From: Fimbriimonadales bacterium
Lineage (GTDB): Bacteria > Armatimonadota > Fimbriimonadia > Fimbriimonadales > ATM1
Reading direction: 5' to 3'
DNA: 64,000 nucleotides
Assembly (NCBI GenBank): GCA_051003155.1
Contig: JBPCLO010000006.1
Span: forward strand, 1-64,000
The notes under the pieces were generated by a model. That model saw nothing but the letters and a program-made list of their open reading frames with translations. It searched no databases and had not been told where the DNA came from. Position 1 is the stretch's first letter, and the number at the start of each line of letters is the position of its first letter. Below are positions 20,889 through 32,084 of the stretch, piece after piece. The translations under genes and the position numbers were made by a program.

Positions 20889-20907
20889 CCTCGTTGAGGA
20901 TACCGGC

Positions 20908-21573
20908 TCAGTTCCTGGAAATGAATTCGGAGAACTCCTCGGCCACCGAAGGATCACCACTCACGGCGTGCTCCAGAAATTGGGCCTCGAGGACGGGGAT
21001 GAGTTCCGTCAGCCGCGCCGAAGTGTCCGTGAGCTCAAGCAGGCGCTGCTTCGCGATCGTCGGCATGTTGATGAATCCGGCGATCGCGAAAGATAGGGCA
21101 ACCGGGTCGTCGGGAAATTGGACTGTGATATTTACGTCCTGCCTGCCGAAAATGCTCCGCAGATGAAACTCGAAAGCTTCCTTCGCCCGCGAAAGCAGGC
21201 CCCGATTTTGGTTGGACTCGGACCATTCCATCTCGACTATCGGCTCCACGTAGCCGACGAGGTACGGCTTAGAACGGTCGAACCGCCTGACGCGGAAGCG
21301 CCTTTCGCCGACCGCTACCAAGTCGACGCGCCCGTCCGGAAGCGGCTTGTGCTCGACAACCCGTGCGGAGGTCCCGACGAGGTAAGGCTCGGCATCGGTA
21401 TCGATTTCGCTGCCTTCCCGGATGAGAACCACGCCGAACGGACGGTCCAGCTCCAGGCAGTCGCCGATCATTTTCCTATACCGCTCCTCGAAAACGTGGA
21501 GTGGCAGCGTTTGGTAGGGCAGCAACACCGCGTTTAGCGGGAAAAGCGGCATCTCTTCAAGTTCAGAACTCAT
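20908..21573 (-). CDS. LON peptidase substrate-binding (N-terminal) domain protein
   Basis: MPLFPL..VLLP...LPLHVFEERY..M..DC, G.RRF, KQRLLE. Confidence 0.88.
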   Translation of the reverse strand: MSSELEEMPLFPLNAVLLPYQTLPLHVFEERYRKMIGDCLELDRPFGVVLIREGSEIDTDAEPYLVGTSARVVEHKPLPDGRVDLVAVGERRFRVRRFDRSKPYLVGYVEPIVEMEWSESNQNRGLLSRAKEAFEFHLRSIFGRQDVNITVQFPDDPVALSFAIAGFINMPTIAKQRLLELTDTSARLTELIPVLEAQFLEHAVSGDPSVAEEFSEFISRN

Positions 21574-21649
21574 GCGGCTACGTTAATTGTATCCCAATTT
21601 AAACGGGAAGGCCCTCGTCCATTAGAACGAAGGCTTTAGCATCCACCGT

Positions 21650-22888
21650 ATGCGTAATCCCGTTTTTCCCCTTGCTGGTCTTGGGGGTGCCCGGGACGAT
21701 CAACAAGCATTTTCCGGGTCTGACCGTCGGATTTCAGACGCATCCGGTCATAGGAATTGGCTTTGTGCCACGCAGGTGCACGATCGTAACTTCCATCAAA
21801 CAGCGATCAACGGCGGGTCCGCGTACGATGCCGCGTGCACGCAGCCGATCGATCTTCAAGGGAACCCTTGCAGCGAGCCGCCCGCCGGGTGGCCGACCGA
21901 TGGCTATTGGCAAACTCCCAACCCTAGCCCGGCGCCGGAGGTAGCCATTTTTTTCGGCCTCGCCTTGTGATACGTGGGTTCCACTGCCCTAGAGGGCCAG
22001 GTTGTTGTGCGCGTGCCAATTGGAGTCAACCTGGCAGGCTATCTAGACAATTACTATCTAGACAATCAGAGGAGAAGAAGGATGAGAGAAATGTACTTTG
22101 CAGCAATCTTGGCAATCGGCATCCAGCAGCTTCCCGAAGTTACGCGGATTGGTCGCGACGAGTTGGTGCTTGCGCCGGGCTTCGTTATCAAGGGCGTGGA
22201 CGATATCGATGGTTCGACTTGGTTCATGGTCAGCGGTAGCTCCACCCGAGAGGTGGACGGAGCCACTATCCTGCTGGACGCTAGGCACATGGCTGATACG
22301 GACGACCCCGCTGACGGCTGGCGAAATACCCCGCCACAGCTCGTCTCAACCGAAGCCGCCCCTTGGATTCAGCGACCTTCCAATCGGTGAGAAGACCAGA
22401 CGCGATTATAACGGAGGGACAGCCGAGCTCCACTCGTACGATGGACCTATTCTTTGTGGGGCGAGAGTAGTCTACAGGGGCCGCCCGGCGCAGGGCGAGC
22501 CCGACTGGCTTTCATCGGATCCGAACGGCGATAAGACGGTTTGCGAAGGGCCAACCAGGCGGACCCTCTCGAGAGTACGCGGCCTAAAGCCCAACTAGCA
22601 AACGATATGAACATCGGCGGTACACAAGTCGGCTCGGTCAACGGCCCGGGCGGCGAGCGGCTCTTCGATCCGGTCCGCTACTGCCAGGCGCTGAATCCCG
22701 AGCTCTCGACGAATGATTTGTTGGGTACGGCCAGCTTCACTTCAGGCGGCGAGCTCGTCGTAATTCCGCTAGCCGCGAAGAAGCTAAAAGACGGCGGGCG
22801 CTGGATACAAACAACCGATATCAGTTTGGTTAAGAACGGCAAATGGTATGTTTCCTACGCTGGGCTGCAGGACGCGCGCGGCAGTTAG
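21650..22888 (+). pseudogene. Decayed two-gene cassette; the second gene (22082-22888) is a frameshifted secreted protein
   Basis: In-frame TGA at 21968-21970. GGAG RBS, then ATG 22082 with a signal-like N-terminus. Protein-like sequence shifts frame near 22360 and near 22585 and ends in a stalk/copper-amine-oxidase-N-like tail (VIPLAAKKLKDGGRWI...LVKNGKWYV). Confidence 0.55.
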
Positions 22889-23048
22889 CAACGCTCATGC
22901 GTTGGAGAGCCCTGAACGCCGAGGCAATCCCGCTTGACCGAGACGAACGTTGAACACATGACTCTCGTCCAGGGGACGGCGTCGATTTTGGCCCAGCCAT
23001 CGGTATAATCGAACCCTGTGGGGTCCAATGTCGTCAACATTGGGAACC

Positions 23049-24776
23049 ATGCAGATGCAGATGGACGATCAGCACACAACCAGCGCGGCAAATTTGCAGC
23101 TAAAAGTTAAGGAACTGGAAGAACGGCTCGCGCTTAGGGACGCGGAATTAAAAGACCTTCAGCAGAAGTCGGGGACTGCGATTGCGCGCCAGTCGCCGGA
23201 AGCAGCCACCGACATCGCGCCGATCAGCGAATTAGATACAACCCTTCGGCGCCTCGTGCAGAGGATTGCGATGATTCTCCAGGCCGAGAAGGTCGTCATG
23301 ATGTTCTTTGAGCGGGAATCCGGCGAACTCATGGGCATCCCCCCGTCGCACGGTGTGGACGAGGATGTTCTTGGTATGTTCCGCTTGCGCGCGACGCACG
23401 GCATCTCCGGTGAGGTCTTCCGCGAAGGCAAACCCGCGATTTTCCACGATGCTATCACTGACCCGAGGGCGCGGGAAGACCCCTTTTCGATTTTGCACAT
23501 CCGCAACGGAGTGACGGTGCCGCTGGTCATCGAGAAGCGCGACGAGGAGAACCGCGTCACGGACCGGCAGACGATCGGTGTGCTTCATGCCTTCAATAAG
23601 CGCCACGACGAGGATTTCAACGACGAGGATGTGCGGCTCCTCGAGCGGATGGCGAAGAGCGCCGCCTCGATTATTGCGAACCTGCGGCTCTATCAAGAAA
23701 TCGTCGAGGAGAAGGAGGAATTGCTTCAAACGCTCGAGAGTCTTTATGCGGGATTGGTCCTCGTTACGGGCGAGGGCAAAATCGCGCAAATGAACGCGAG
23801 CGCGCGGTCGATCTTCGCCGTAAACGGCGAAACGACCGGTAAGCGCGCGAACGAGATTATTAGAGATAAGCCCATCCTCGACCTCATCGAAGGAGCACAG
23901 CAAAGCGGCCGAGAGGGAGAGCAGATCGAGGTTGCCATCCACGCTGAAGGCCGGCCGGAGCGAATTTATGTCGTTCAGGCTGCCCAGGTCAAGAACGAGG
24001 ACGGCCGCCTAATCGGAACGGTCGCGATTCTAAACGACGTGACCGAGCTCAAGAATCTCGAGAGGATGAAGAGCGCGTTCGTCGCCACGGTTTCGCACGA
24101 ATTACGCACCCCCCTCACCGCCATCAAGGGCTTTACGAGCACTCTATTGATGGACGACAGCTTCCCCGAGGCCGATCGGCGCGAGTTCTACACGATCATC
24201 GATCACGAGTGCGACCGATTGACGCGCCTCATTAACGATCTCTTAAACATCGCTCGAATCGAGGCCGGCGAGAGCCTTAAGCCTACGTACTCCGAAGTCG
24301 ACCTCAAGAAGCTTTGCCAAAAGGTCATCCTCATTCAGAAGCAAGCGACACACAAACACCAACTGGTGATGGATGCGCCGGAAGAGTTCCCGAATATTAT
24401 CGGCGATGAGGACAAACTCGACCAGATCGTTACGAACCTGATGGGCAACGCGATAAAGTACTCGCCGAATGGCGGGACGGTTACGCTGCGATTGGAGGAA
24501 GATGGCGACGACGTAATCATCGGCGTCCAAGACCAAGGCTTGGGCATTCCGCCGGAGCACGTACCTAAAGTGTTCGATCGGTTCCATCGCGTACACACGG
24601 AGGACAATCGGAAGATCTACGGCACCGGTCTTGGTCTATTCTTGGTCAAACACTTAGTTGAGCAACTCCACCTCGGCAAGGTCTGGGCCGAATCCGAGCT
24701 GGGAGTCGGATCGACCTTCTGGGTACGGCTGCCGAAGGAACTCGACGTGGAAGAAGCCGAGCGCCTCAACGCGTAA
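23049..24776 (+). CDS. Cytoplasmic GAF-PAS sensor histidine kinase
   Basis: Coiled-coil N-terminus, GAF (NKR..DFNDED), PAS, H-box SHELRTPL, N-box NLMGNAIKYS, DQGLGI, GTGLGL; no TM. Start may be 23028 or 23049. Confidence 0.92.
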   Translation: MQMQMDDQHTTSAANLQLKVKELEERLALRDAELKDLQQKSGTAIARQSPEAATDIAPISELDTTLRRLVQRIAMILQAEKVVMMFFERESGELMGIPPSHGVDEDVLGMFRLRATHGISGEVFREGKPAIFHDAITDPRAREDPFSILHIRNGVTVPLVIEKRDEENRVTDRQTIGVLHAFNKRHDEDFNDEDVRLLERMAKSAASIIANLRLYQEIVEEKEELLQTLESLYAGLVLVTGEGKIAQMNASARSIFAVNGETTGKRANEIIRDKPILDLIEGAQQSGREGEQIEVAIHAEGRPERIYVVQAAQVKNEDGRLIGTVAILNDVTELKNLERMKSAFVATVSHELRTPLTAIKGFTSTLLMDDSFPEADRREFYTIIDHECDRLTRLINDLLNIARIEAGESLKPTYSEVDLKKLCQKVILIQKQATHKHQLVMDAPEEFPNIIGDEDKLDQIVTNLMGNAIKYSPNGGTVTLRLEEDGDDVIIGVQDQGLGIPPEHVPKVFDRFHRVHTEDNRKIYGTGLGLFLVKHLVEQLHLGKVWAESELGVGSTFWVRLPKELDVEEAERLNA

Positions 24777-24793
24777 GAGGTAAATTCCATGCA

Positions 24794-26068
24794 GTGATCG
24801 ACAGGCAGCTTCTTCGCACAAATCCGGACGCCGTCCGTGAGGGTGCCAGGCGCAAAGGCATCGAAGCGCCGATCGACGAACTCGTTTCGGTGGATGCCGA
24901 GTGGCGCGAGGCGACCACGTTACTCGAGTCCCAAGAAGCCGCTTCGAATCGAATGAGCAAGTCGATCGGAGCGCTAATGGGCCAAGGGAAGGAGGGCGAG
25001 GCCGAGGAGGCGCGGGCGTCCGCGGCGAAACTCAAGGCTGAGCTTCCTCGGCTTCAAGAGAGGGAGCGGGACTTACGTATGCGCATGGAGCATCTCGATC
25101 TCCAAATTCCAAATATTCCGCATCCTACATCGCCGGATGGAAAGGATTCGTCCGAGAATGTGGAGATAACTTCTTTTGGGCACAAACCCGCGTTTGATTT
25201 TGATCCGCTTCCGCATTGGGATATTGCCGAAAAGTTCGATCTGCTCGATTTTCAGCGTGGGACGAAGATTGCCGGCAGCGGATTTATCGTTTTCAAGGGA
25301 ATGGGCGCACGGCTCCAACGCGCGTTGATCAATTTTATGGTCGACTTCCATTCTGAACATCATCGATATACGGAGATATATCCGCCATACTTGGCTAATC
25401 GTGAATCGCTTATCGCAACTGGCCAGCTGCCAAAGTTCGAGCTTGATCAATATCACATGGAGCGCGATGATTTATTTTTGATCGCAACGTCCGAAATTCC
25501 TGCGACGAACCTACACCGCGATGAGATTCTCGACGCCTCCGACCTGCCGATTCGTTATGTTGCTTTTTCAGGTTGTTTCCGGCGCGAGGCGGGAGCCGCG
25601 GGTAAAGACACCCGGGGCCTGCTCAGGGTCCATCAGTTCGATAAGGTCGAAATGGTGAAATTCACCACACCGGAAACGAGCTACGACGAATTGGAATCGC
25701 TTCGCGAGAATGCGGAAAGCATTTTGCAAGCTTTGAAATTGCACTACCGCGTTGTATCTATCTGCACAGGCGACATGAGTTTTTCAAATGCCAAGCAGTA
25801 CGATCTGGAAGTGTGGGCGCCGGGGGTGGGGCAGTACTTGGAAGTCAGTAGCGTGAGCAATTTCGAGGACTTCCAGGCACGTCGGGCGAACATCCGCTAC
25901 CGCCCGGAACCGAGTGCGAAACCCAGGTTTGTTCACACGCTCAACGCGAGCGGGGTCGCATGCCCAAGATTAATGGCGGCGCTGCTCGAAACCTACCAGC
26001 AGCCAGACGGAAGCGTAGCAATTCCCGAGCCGCTTCGAGAGTTTATGGGCGCAGATCGGATTGCATAA
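24794..26068 (+). CDS. serS: Serine--tRNA ligase
   Basis: N-terminal coiled coil, TGQLPKF, ATSE, FRREAG..G.DTRGL.RVHQFDKVE, EVSS.SN..DFQARR, HTLNASG. Confidence 0.97.
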   Translation: MIDRQLLRTNPDAVREGARRKGIEAPIDELVSVDAEWREATTLLESQEAASNRMSKSIGALMGQGKEGEAEEARASAAKLKAELPRLQERERDLRMRMEHLDLQIPNIPHPTSPDGKDSSENVEITSFGHKPAFDFDPLPHWDIAEKFDLLDFQRGTKIAGSGFIVFKGMGARLQRALINFMVDFHSEHHRYTEIYPPYLANRESLIATGQLPKFELDQYHMERDDLFLIATSEIPATNLHRDEILDASDLPIRYVAFSGCFRREAGAAGKDTRGLLRVHQFDKVEMVKFTTPETSYDELESLRENAESILQALKLHYRVVSICTGDMSFSNAKQYDLEVWAPGVGQYLEVSSVSNFEDFQARRANIRYRPEPSAKPRFVHTLNASGVACPRLMAALLETYQQPDGSVAIPEPLREFMGADRIA

Positions 26069-26588
26069 GACGGTCGTGTTCGGCGTCGTCCATCGACTCC
26101 AGCTTCCTTAGGAGCTCCAGGCTATCCGTCACGCGTGTCTTGGCCCATTCCTTCCGGGTTCTACCTTGCAAAAACCTGATCTTCTCTTCGCGCGTCTCGG
26201 CAATCAGTTGGGGTACGGGCGTGGGCTTCCCGTCGTCGTCGATAGCGACCATCGTGATGATGCAGCTGTTGGTATGCCTCGTGGTTCCCTCGTGGATGTT
26301 CTCCGCATACACCTCGATGCGCGTTTGCACGCTCGCCCGGCCGGCAAAGTCTACACTGCCCACCATATGTACCAATTCCCCGACCTCGATCGGGCTGTGA
26401 AAGTCCACCCGGTCGAAACTTGCGGTGACACATATCTTCCCAGCAAACCTGCTGGCGGTTACGTATGCTACTTTGTCGAGCAATGCAAGGATCGCACCGC
26501 CGAAGACCTTGCCGAGAAAATTTGCATTGCCGGGAGTCATCAGCTCCGACATTTGAACGATGGTGGATGACGGTGTTCGCGTTTCCAT
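26043..26588 (-). CDS. Acyl-CoA thioesterase (hotdog fold)
   Basis: P.NANF.GKVFGG.IL..LD, VTASFDRVDF..PI.VG, MVAIDDDGKP. Confidence 0.9.
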   Translation of the reverse strand: METRTPSSTIVQMSELMTPGNANFLGKVFGGAILALLDKVAYVTASRFAGKICVTASFDRVDFHSPIEVGELVHMVGSVDFAGRASVQTRIEVYAENIHEGTTRHTNSCIITMVAIDDDGKPTPVPQLIAETREEKIRFLQGRTRKEWAKTRVTDSLELLRKLESMDDAEHDRLMQSDLRP

Positions 26589-26594
26589 ATAGGT

Positions 26595-27383
26595 TCAGGC
26601 GGATAGTACTATTTTGGAAAACTCGTCGGCTATCAGGCTCGCCCCGCCCACCAGGGCGCCGTCTATTTGACTGCTCGCGAAAATCTTCGCACAGTTGGAA
26701 GCTTTCACGCTGCCACCGTAAAGGATCCGCACTTGGTCTCCGCAAGCAGAATCGGTAATTGAGGCAACCTCGTCGCGAATCAACCCGCACATCCTCGCGG
26801 CCTCGTCGGCGTCGCAAACGTTACCGGTTCCGATCGCCCAAACGGGCTCATAAGCAATTGTGAGGTTTGAGCACTCCTCCGGCGCGACGCGTTCTAGAGC
26901 CTTGGCTAACTGTTCAGCGACCACTTCATCCGTTCTGCAGGCCTCTCGCTCCAGCGCCGTTTCGCCGACACACAGAACGGGCACGATGTTCGCGAACACC
27001 AACGCTGAAACTTTCTGAGCTACAGTCTCATCCGTATCGGAAAAATACGACAGAGGACTCGGAGGCTCGGATCCGAATCGCCCGCGAGCCTCACAGTGGC
27101 CCACGATGCAGTATCGGCACCCGGAATCAACCAACATTCTGGGCGAAACTTGTCCAGTATATGCTCCCTTGTCTAACCAGAACACGTCTTGAGCCCCAAG
27201 CGCCACAGGCGTATGGGCCAGCGCCCGTCCAAGGGGCTGCAGCGAAACGAAGCTCGGACAAATCACGACGTCGACCTCGGGTCTTTGTTTTGCCGTGCCC
27301 AACACGGCCTCGACCAAACTGCAGCCCTCCGGCGTTGTGAGGTTCATCTTCCAGTTCGCGACAACGAGTCTTCTTCGGCCCAT
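26595..27383 (-). CDS. tpiA: Triosephosphate isomerase
   Basis: ANWKMN, GAYTG, GH(C)E, AYEPVWAIGTG, LYGGSV, DGALVGGASL. Confidence 0.96.
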   Translation of the reverse strand: MGRRRLVVANWKMNLTTPEGCSLVEAVLGTAKQRPEVDVVICPSFVSLQPLGRALAHTPVALGAQDVFWLDKGAYTGQVSPRMLVDSGCRYCIVGHCEARGRFGSEPPSPLSYFSDTDETVAQKVSALVFANIVPVLCVGETALEREACRTDEVVAEQLAKALERVAPEECSNLTIAYEPVWAIGTGNVCDADEAARMCGLIRDEVASITDSACGDQVRILYGGSVKASNCAKIFASSQIDGALVGGASLIADEFSKIVLSA

Positions 27384-27415
27384 GAAAATCCCCGGCGGGT
27401 AAACTTCTCCCGTGA

Positions 27416-28732
<1,317 letters not shown>

Positions 28733-28775
28733 AAGGAGTCTGAAAATTGTTGACCCGGCCAAGGATGGTTAAGGG

Positions 28776-30194
28776 ATGTTTAGGAAGACGAAGATCGTTT
28801 GCACGCTAGGGCCCGCCGTTGATTCCGTCCAAGGAATCGACGCGCTTGTCGGCGCGGGCATGAACGTCGCGCGCATCAACTGTAGCCACGGCGACTGGGT
28901 CACGCGGTCGCGATGGATCGACTGGGTACGTGAAATCTCCACGAAGCGTCAGGCGCACGTGGCCATCCTTCTCGACCTGCAAGGGCCGAAGTTCCGGCTC
29001 GGAACCATTCGCGGTAAGGAAATGCTAGTGGCGCCTGGGCAGCTTGTCGCGGTTGGAAGCGGGCCGGGCATGCTGCCGATTCCCCAGCCGGAAGTTCTTC
29101 GCGTCTTGGAACCAGGGCGCAAACTGCTCACCGGAGACGGCGACGTGTCCTTTCGCGTCGCTTCCCGGGAAGGTGACGAAATAACCCTCACGTGTCTCTC
29201 GGGTGGCACCATTCGCACCAAGCAGGGGATAACAGTAGTAGGCGTAAGCTTCGACACACCGGCGATGACAACGAAGGATCGCGAAGACCTGAGGATCGGT
29301 GCTGAAAAGGGCGTGGAATATGTTGCGATCAGCTATGTGAAATCCGCCGCCGATGTTCGCCTTGTCGCCGAATCGACGAACAAGGCAGATTCTGGGTTAC
29401 GCGTTATCGCAAAAATAGAAATGCGCGACGCCGTCCAGGACATTGAGGACATCATCGCGGTGAGCGACGCAATTATGGTTGCGCGAGGTGACCTCGGTCT
29501 GCAAATGGCGATCGAAGATGTGCCACTGGTGCAAAAGAGAATTATCGGCCTATGCCGCGCAGCCGGAAAGCCCGTAATAACGGCAACGCAAATGATGGAA
29601 AGCATGATTCACAACCCGCGGCCCACGCGCGCGGAAGCGACAGATATCGCGAACGCGATCTTAGACGGCACCGACGCTATCATGCTAAGCGGCGAGACGG
29701 CGGCCGGTGCCCACCCCATCGAAGCGGTGGACTACATGGACAAAATCGCCGTCAAGACCGAGCAAAGCAGCATCTTCGCGAAAGCCATCGCTGCGCAGGA
29801 ACCCGAGCGCATCTCCGAATCAACAGAAGCAGTCGCACACGCAGCCGTGACGATCGCAACCAATCTCCGTACAAAGAACATCCTTACATTTTCCACAAGT
29901 GGATTTACGGCACGAATGGTCTCGAAATACAAGCCAAGGGCCATAATTCTATGCGCAACCTACAGCGAGCGAACAGCGAGGCAGACCTCGCTTTTCTGGG
30001 GAGTCCGCCCCTTGCTGACAAAGGCGTTCGGCGCAACGGAAGAAATGATCGCAACCGGATTTTCGGCGGCTCTAGAAGCCGGGTTTCTCAAGACGGGCGA
30101 CATGGTGGTCGTCACCGCAGGGCTTCCCGTGGGAATGCCGGGTGCAACGAATTTTGTTACCCTACTGAGGGTTAATCAACTGGAGGAAAAATGA
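28776..30194 (+). CDS. pyk: Pyruvate kinase
   Basis: RKTKIVCTLGPA, DLQGPK.R, IAKIE, MVARGDLG, ATQM, TRAE..D, MLSGETA. Confidence 0.97.
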   Translation: MFRKTKIVCTLGPAVDSVQGIDALVGAGMNVARINCSHGDWVTRSRWIDWVREISTKRQAHVAILLDLQGPKFRLGTIRGKEMLVAPGQLVAVGSGPGMLPIPQPEVLRVLEPGRKLLTGDGDVSFRVASREGDEITLTCLSGGTIRTKQGITVVGVSFDTPAMTTKDREDLRIGAEKGVEYVAISYVKSAADVRLVAESTNKADSGLRVIAKIEMRDAVQDIEDIIAVSDAIMVARGDLGLQMAIEDVPLVQKRIIGLCRAAGKPVITATQMMESMIHNPRPTRAEATDIANAILDGTDAIMLSGETAAGAHPIEAVDYMDKIAVKTEQSSIFAKAIAAQEPERISESTEAVAHAAVTIATNLRTKNILTFSTSGFTARMVSKYKPRAIILCATYSERTARQTSLFWGVRPLLTKAFGATEEMIATGFSAALEAGFLKTGDMVVVTAGLPVGMPGATNFVTLLRVNQLEEK

Positions 30195-30457
30195 AACGAA
30201 AGAGCAAATGGTGGATCTTGGGCTTGGCAATTGCCGTAGGTGGCGCCGTATACCTCAATCGCGAAACGTGGCAGATTTATCGCCAACAGTCTGCGGCGAA
30301 AGCCCGAAACGAAGAGCGGATGCAGGCGGTTGAGGCCGAGCGCACCAAACTCCTCGATAAGAAGGCTCGGCTGGAAACCGCAATCGGCCAGGAAGAGCAG
30401 GCGCGAATAAGCGGCTACAGAAAGCCTGACGAAACGCCGCTACGCCTACGCCAGTAG
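30191..30457 (+). CDS. Septum formation initiator (FtsB/DivIC)-like protein
   Basis: Short basic N-terminus, single TM, coiled coil, EEQAR..GY.KPDE; the eno-ftsB neighbourhood is conserved. Confidence 0.7.
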   Translation: MKRKSKWWILGLAIAVGGAVYLNRETWQIYRQQSAAKARNEERMQAVEAERTKLLDKKARLETAIGQEEQARISGYRKPDETPLRLRQ

Positions 30458-31339
30458 CTTCTCGATCATTTCCGGTACGGCAATGAACAGGTCTTGGACC
30501 AAGCCGTAGTCAGCGATCTCGAACAGCGGCGCCTCGGGGTCGGTGTTTATTACGACGATCACCTTGCTGTCCTTCATGCCTGCCATGTGTTGGGTGCTTC
30601 CACTGATTCCTGCAGCGATGTAAAGCTCGGGGGCGACGACCTTTCCGGTCTGGCCGACTTGCAACTCGTTCGGAGCGATACCGTTGTCAACAGCCGCTCT
30701 CGTTGCCCCCACCGCCCCGCGCAGAACATCCGCAAGGCCGCCTATCAACTTTTCAAATGTCTCGGCGTCCTTAAGCGGCCGTCCGCCTGAAACGACGACG
30801 CGCGCTTGGGCAAGGTCTGGCCTTCCGCCGTCCGAGGAGGACACTCCGGTCCTTTCCGTTGGCCCAGAATAGGTAAGCGATACGTCTTCCGACACCGAGA
30901 CGCCTGAACGCTTTGGGCTTGCGAAGGCCGTCGAGCGCACCGTCACGACGAACTCCGAGGCTCCCATCTCTACATCCGCGATTACGTTGCCGGCATACAT
31001 CGGCCGCGAGAAACAGCCAGGCCCGAGAACCGCGATAATATCGCTGGCCATGGGTCTCTCGAGCAATCCCGCAAGACGCGGAGCCCAGTCTTTGCCTGTC
31101 ATCGAAGCGGACGCAGCGACGGCCTTGTATTCCTTTGCGATCGGCGCGAGCGCGGAGGCGAGTGCATCCGCAGTGGGCACTTCCGAATTCGCATTCAGAA
31201 CTCGCTCCGCACCGAGGTCGGTGGGCGCTGAACCGGAAAGACATACAATATCGTAACCGGCGCCGTAGGTCTGCCCAAACGCTGCCAGACTCTCGCATTC
31301 TGCCTCGGAAGCCGCGACGAGCAGTAGAGTAGCCATCAA
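30446..31339 (-). CDS. etfA: Electron transfer flavoprotein alpha subunit
   Basis: RPMYAGN, A.VVVSGGR, VGATRAAVD, QVGQTGK.VAPELYIA.GISG..QH.AGM. Confidence 0.95.
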   Translation of the reverse strand: MMATLLLVAASEAECESLAAFGQTYGAGYDIVCLSGSAPTDLGAERVLNANSEVPTADALASALAPIAKEYKAVAASASMTGKDWAPRLAGLLERPMASDIIAVLGPGCFSRPMYAGNVIADVEMGASEFVVTVRSTAFASPKRSGVSVSEDVSLTYSGPTERTGVSSSDGGRPDLAQARVVVSGGRPLKDAETFEKLIGGLADVLRGAVGATRAAVDNGIAPNELQVGQTGKVVAPELYIAAGISGSTQHMAGMKDSKVIVVINTDPEAPLFEIADYGLVQDLFIAVPEMIEKLLA

Positions 31340-32082
31340 AGTACACCCGCTTCTTCTTTCAATGCTTTGATTAATTCGTCGACATTCGCTACCTTTCGAC
31401 CCGGCGGTCTTCCCTGCGGATGCCGCATCGCCGTGATCTTGACGCGATTTTCCGCTTCGACACCCATATCCGACAACCGTAATTTCTCTATCGGTTTCGT
31501 GCGTGCTTTGATGATTCCGGGGAGCGCGACATAGCGTGGTTCGTTTAGGCGCAAATCAGCCGTAATTACCGCCGGCAGCGGCATCTTGAGCGTTTCTTGG
31601 CCGGTATCGGTTTCGCGAATTACTTGCACGCCTCCATTCTCCAACGTAATCCTGCTCGCGCACGTCGCTTGCGGCCATTTCCTAATGGCGGCCAGCATCT
31701 GGCCGGACTGGTTCGAGTCGTCGTCGATGGCTTGCTTGCCCATGAGGATGATATCCGGTTGTTCGTTATCGGCGATCTTGCTCAGTATTTTCGCGATTCC
31801 CAAAGAGTCGCATTCTTCGGAAGTTTCCACCAAAATGGCACGATTGGCGCCCATCGCCAGCGCTTTCCTGATCTGCTCCTCACATTCCGCGCTGCCAATC
31901 GATACAACGACGATTTCTGAATCCGCAGATTCCGCGATTCGCACCGCCTCCTCGACCGCGATTTCGTCGAACGGGTTGATTTCGTACTTAAGTCCGACTG
32001 TTTCGATGCCGTCACCGGAAGAATTAACTCTGATTTTCGCATACGGGTCGGGGACCCTCTTGATGGGAACAAGTATTTTCAT
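31336..32082 (-). CDS. etfB: Electron transfer flavoprotein beta subunit
   Basis: KRVPD, INPFDEIAVEEA, ALAMGA, GKQAIDDD, LNEPRY. Confidence 0.95.
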   Translation of the reverse strand: MKILVPIKRVPDPYAKIRVNSSGDGIETVGLKYEINPFDEIAVEEAVRIAESADSEIVVVSIGSAECEEQIRKALAMGANRAILVETSEECDSLGIAKILSKIADNEQPDIILMGKQAIDDDSNQSGQMLAAIRKWPQATCASRITLENGGVQVIRETDTGQETLKMPLPAVITADLRLNEPRYVALPGIIKARTKPIEKLRLSDMGVEAENRVKITAMRHPQGRPPGRKVANVDELIKALKEEAGVL

Positions 32083-32084
32083 GT

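Noticed and set aside
21968..21970. In-frame TGA as selenocysteine
   Set aside because: No Cys/Sec redox context or evident SECIS hairpin; the surrounding sequence is frameshifted
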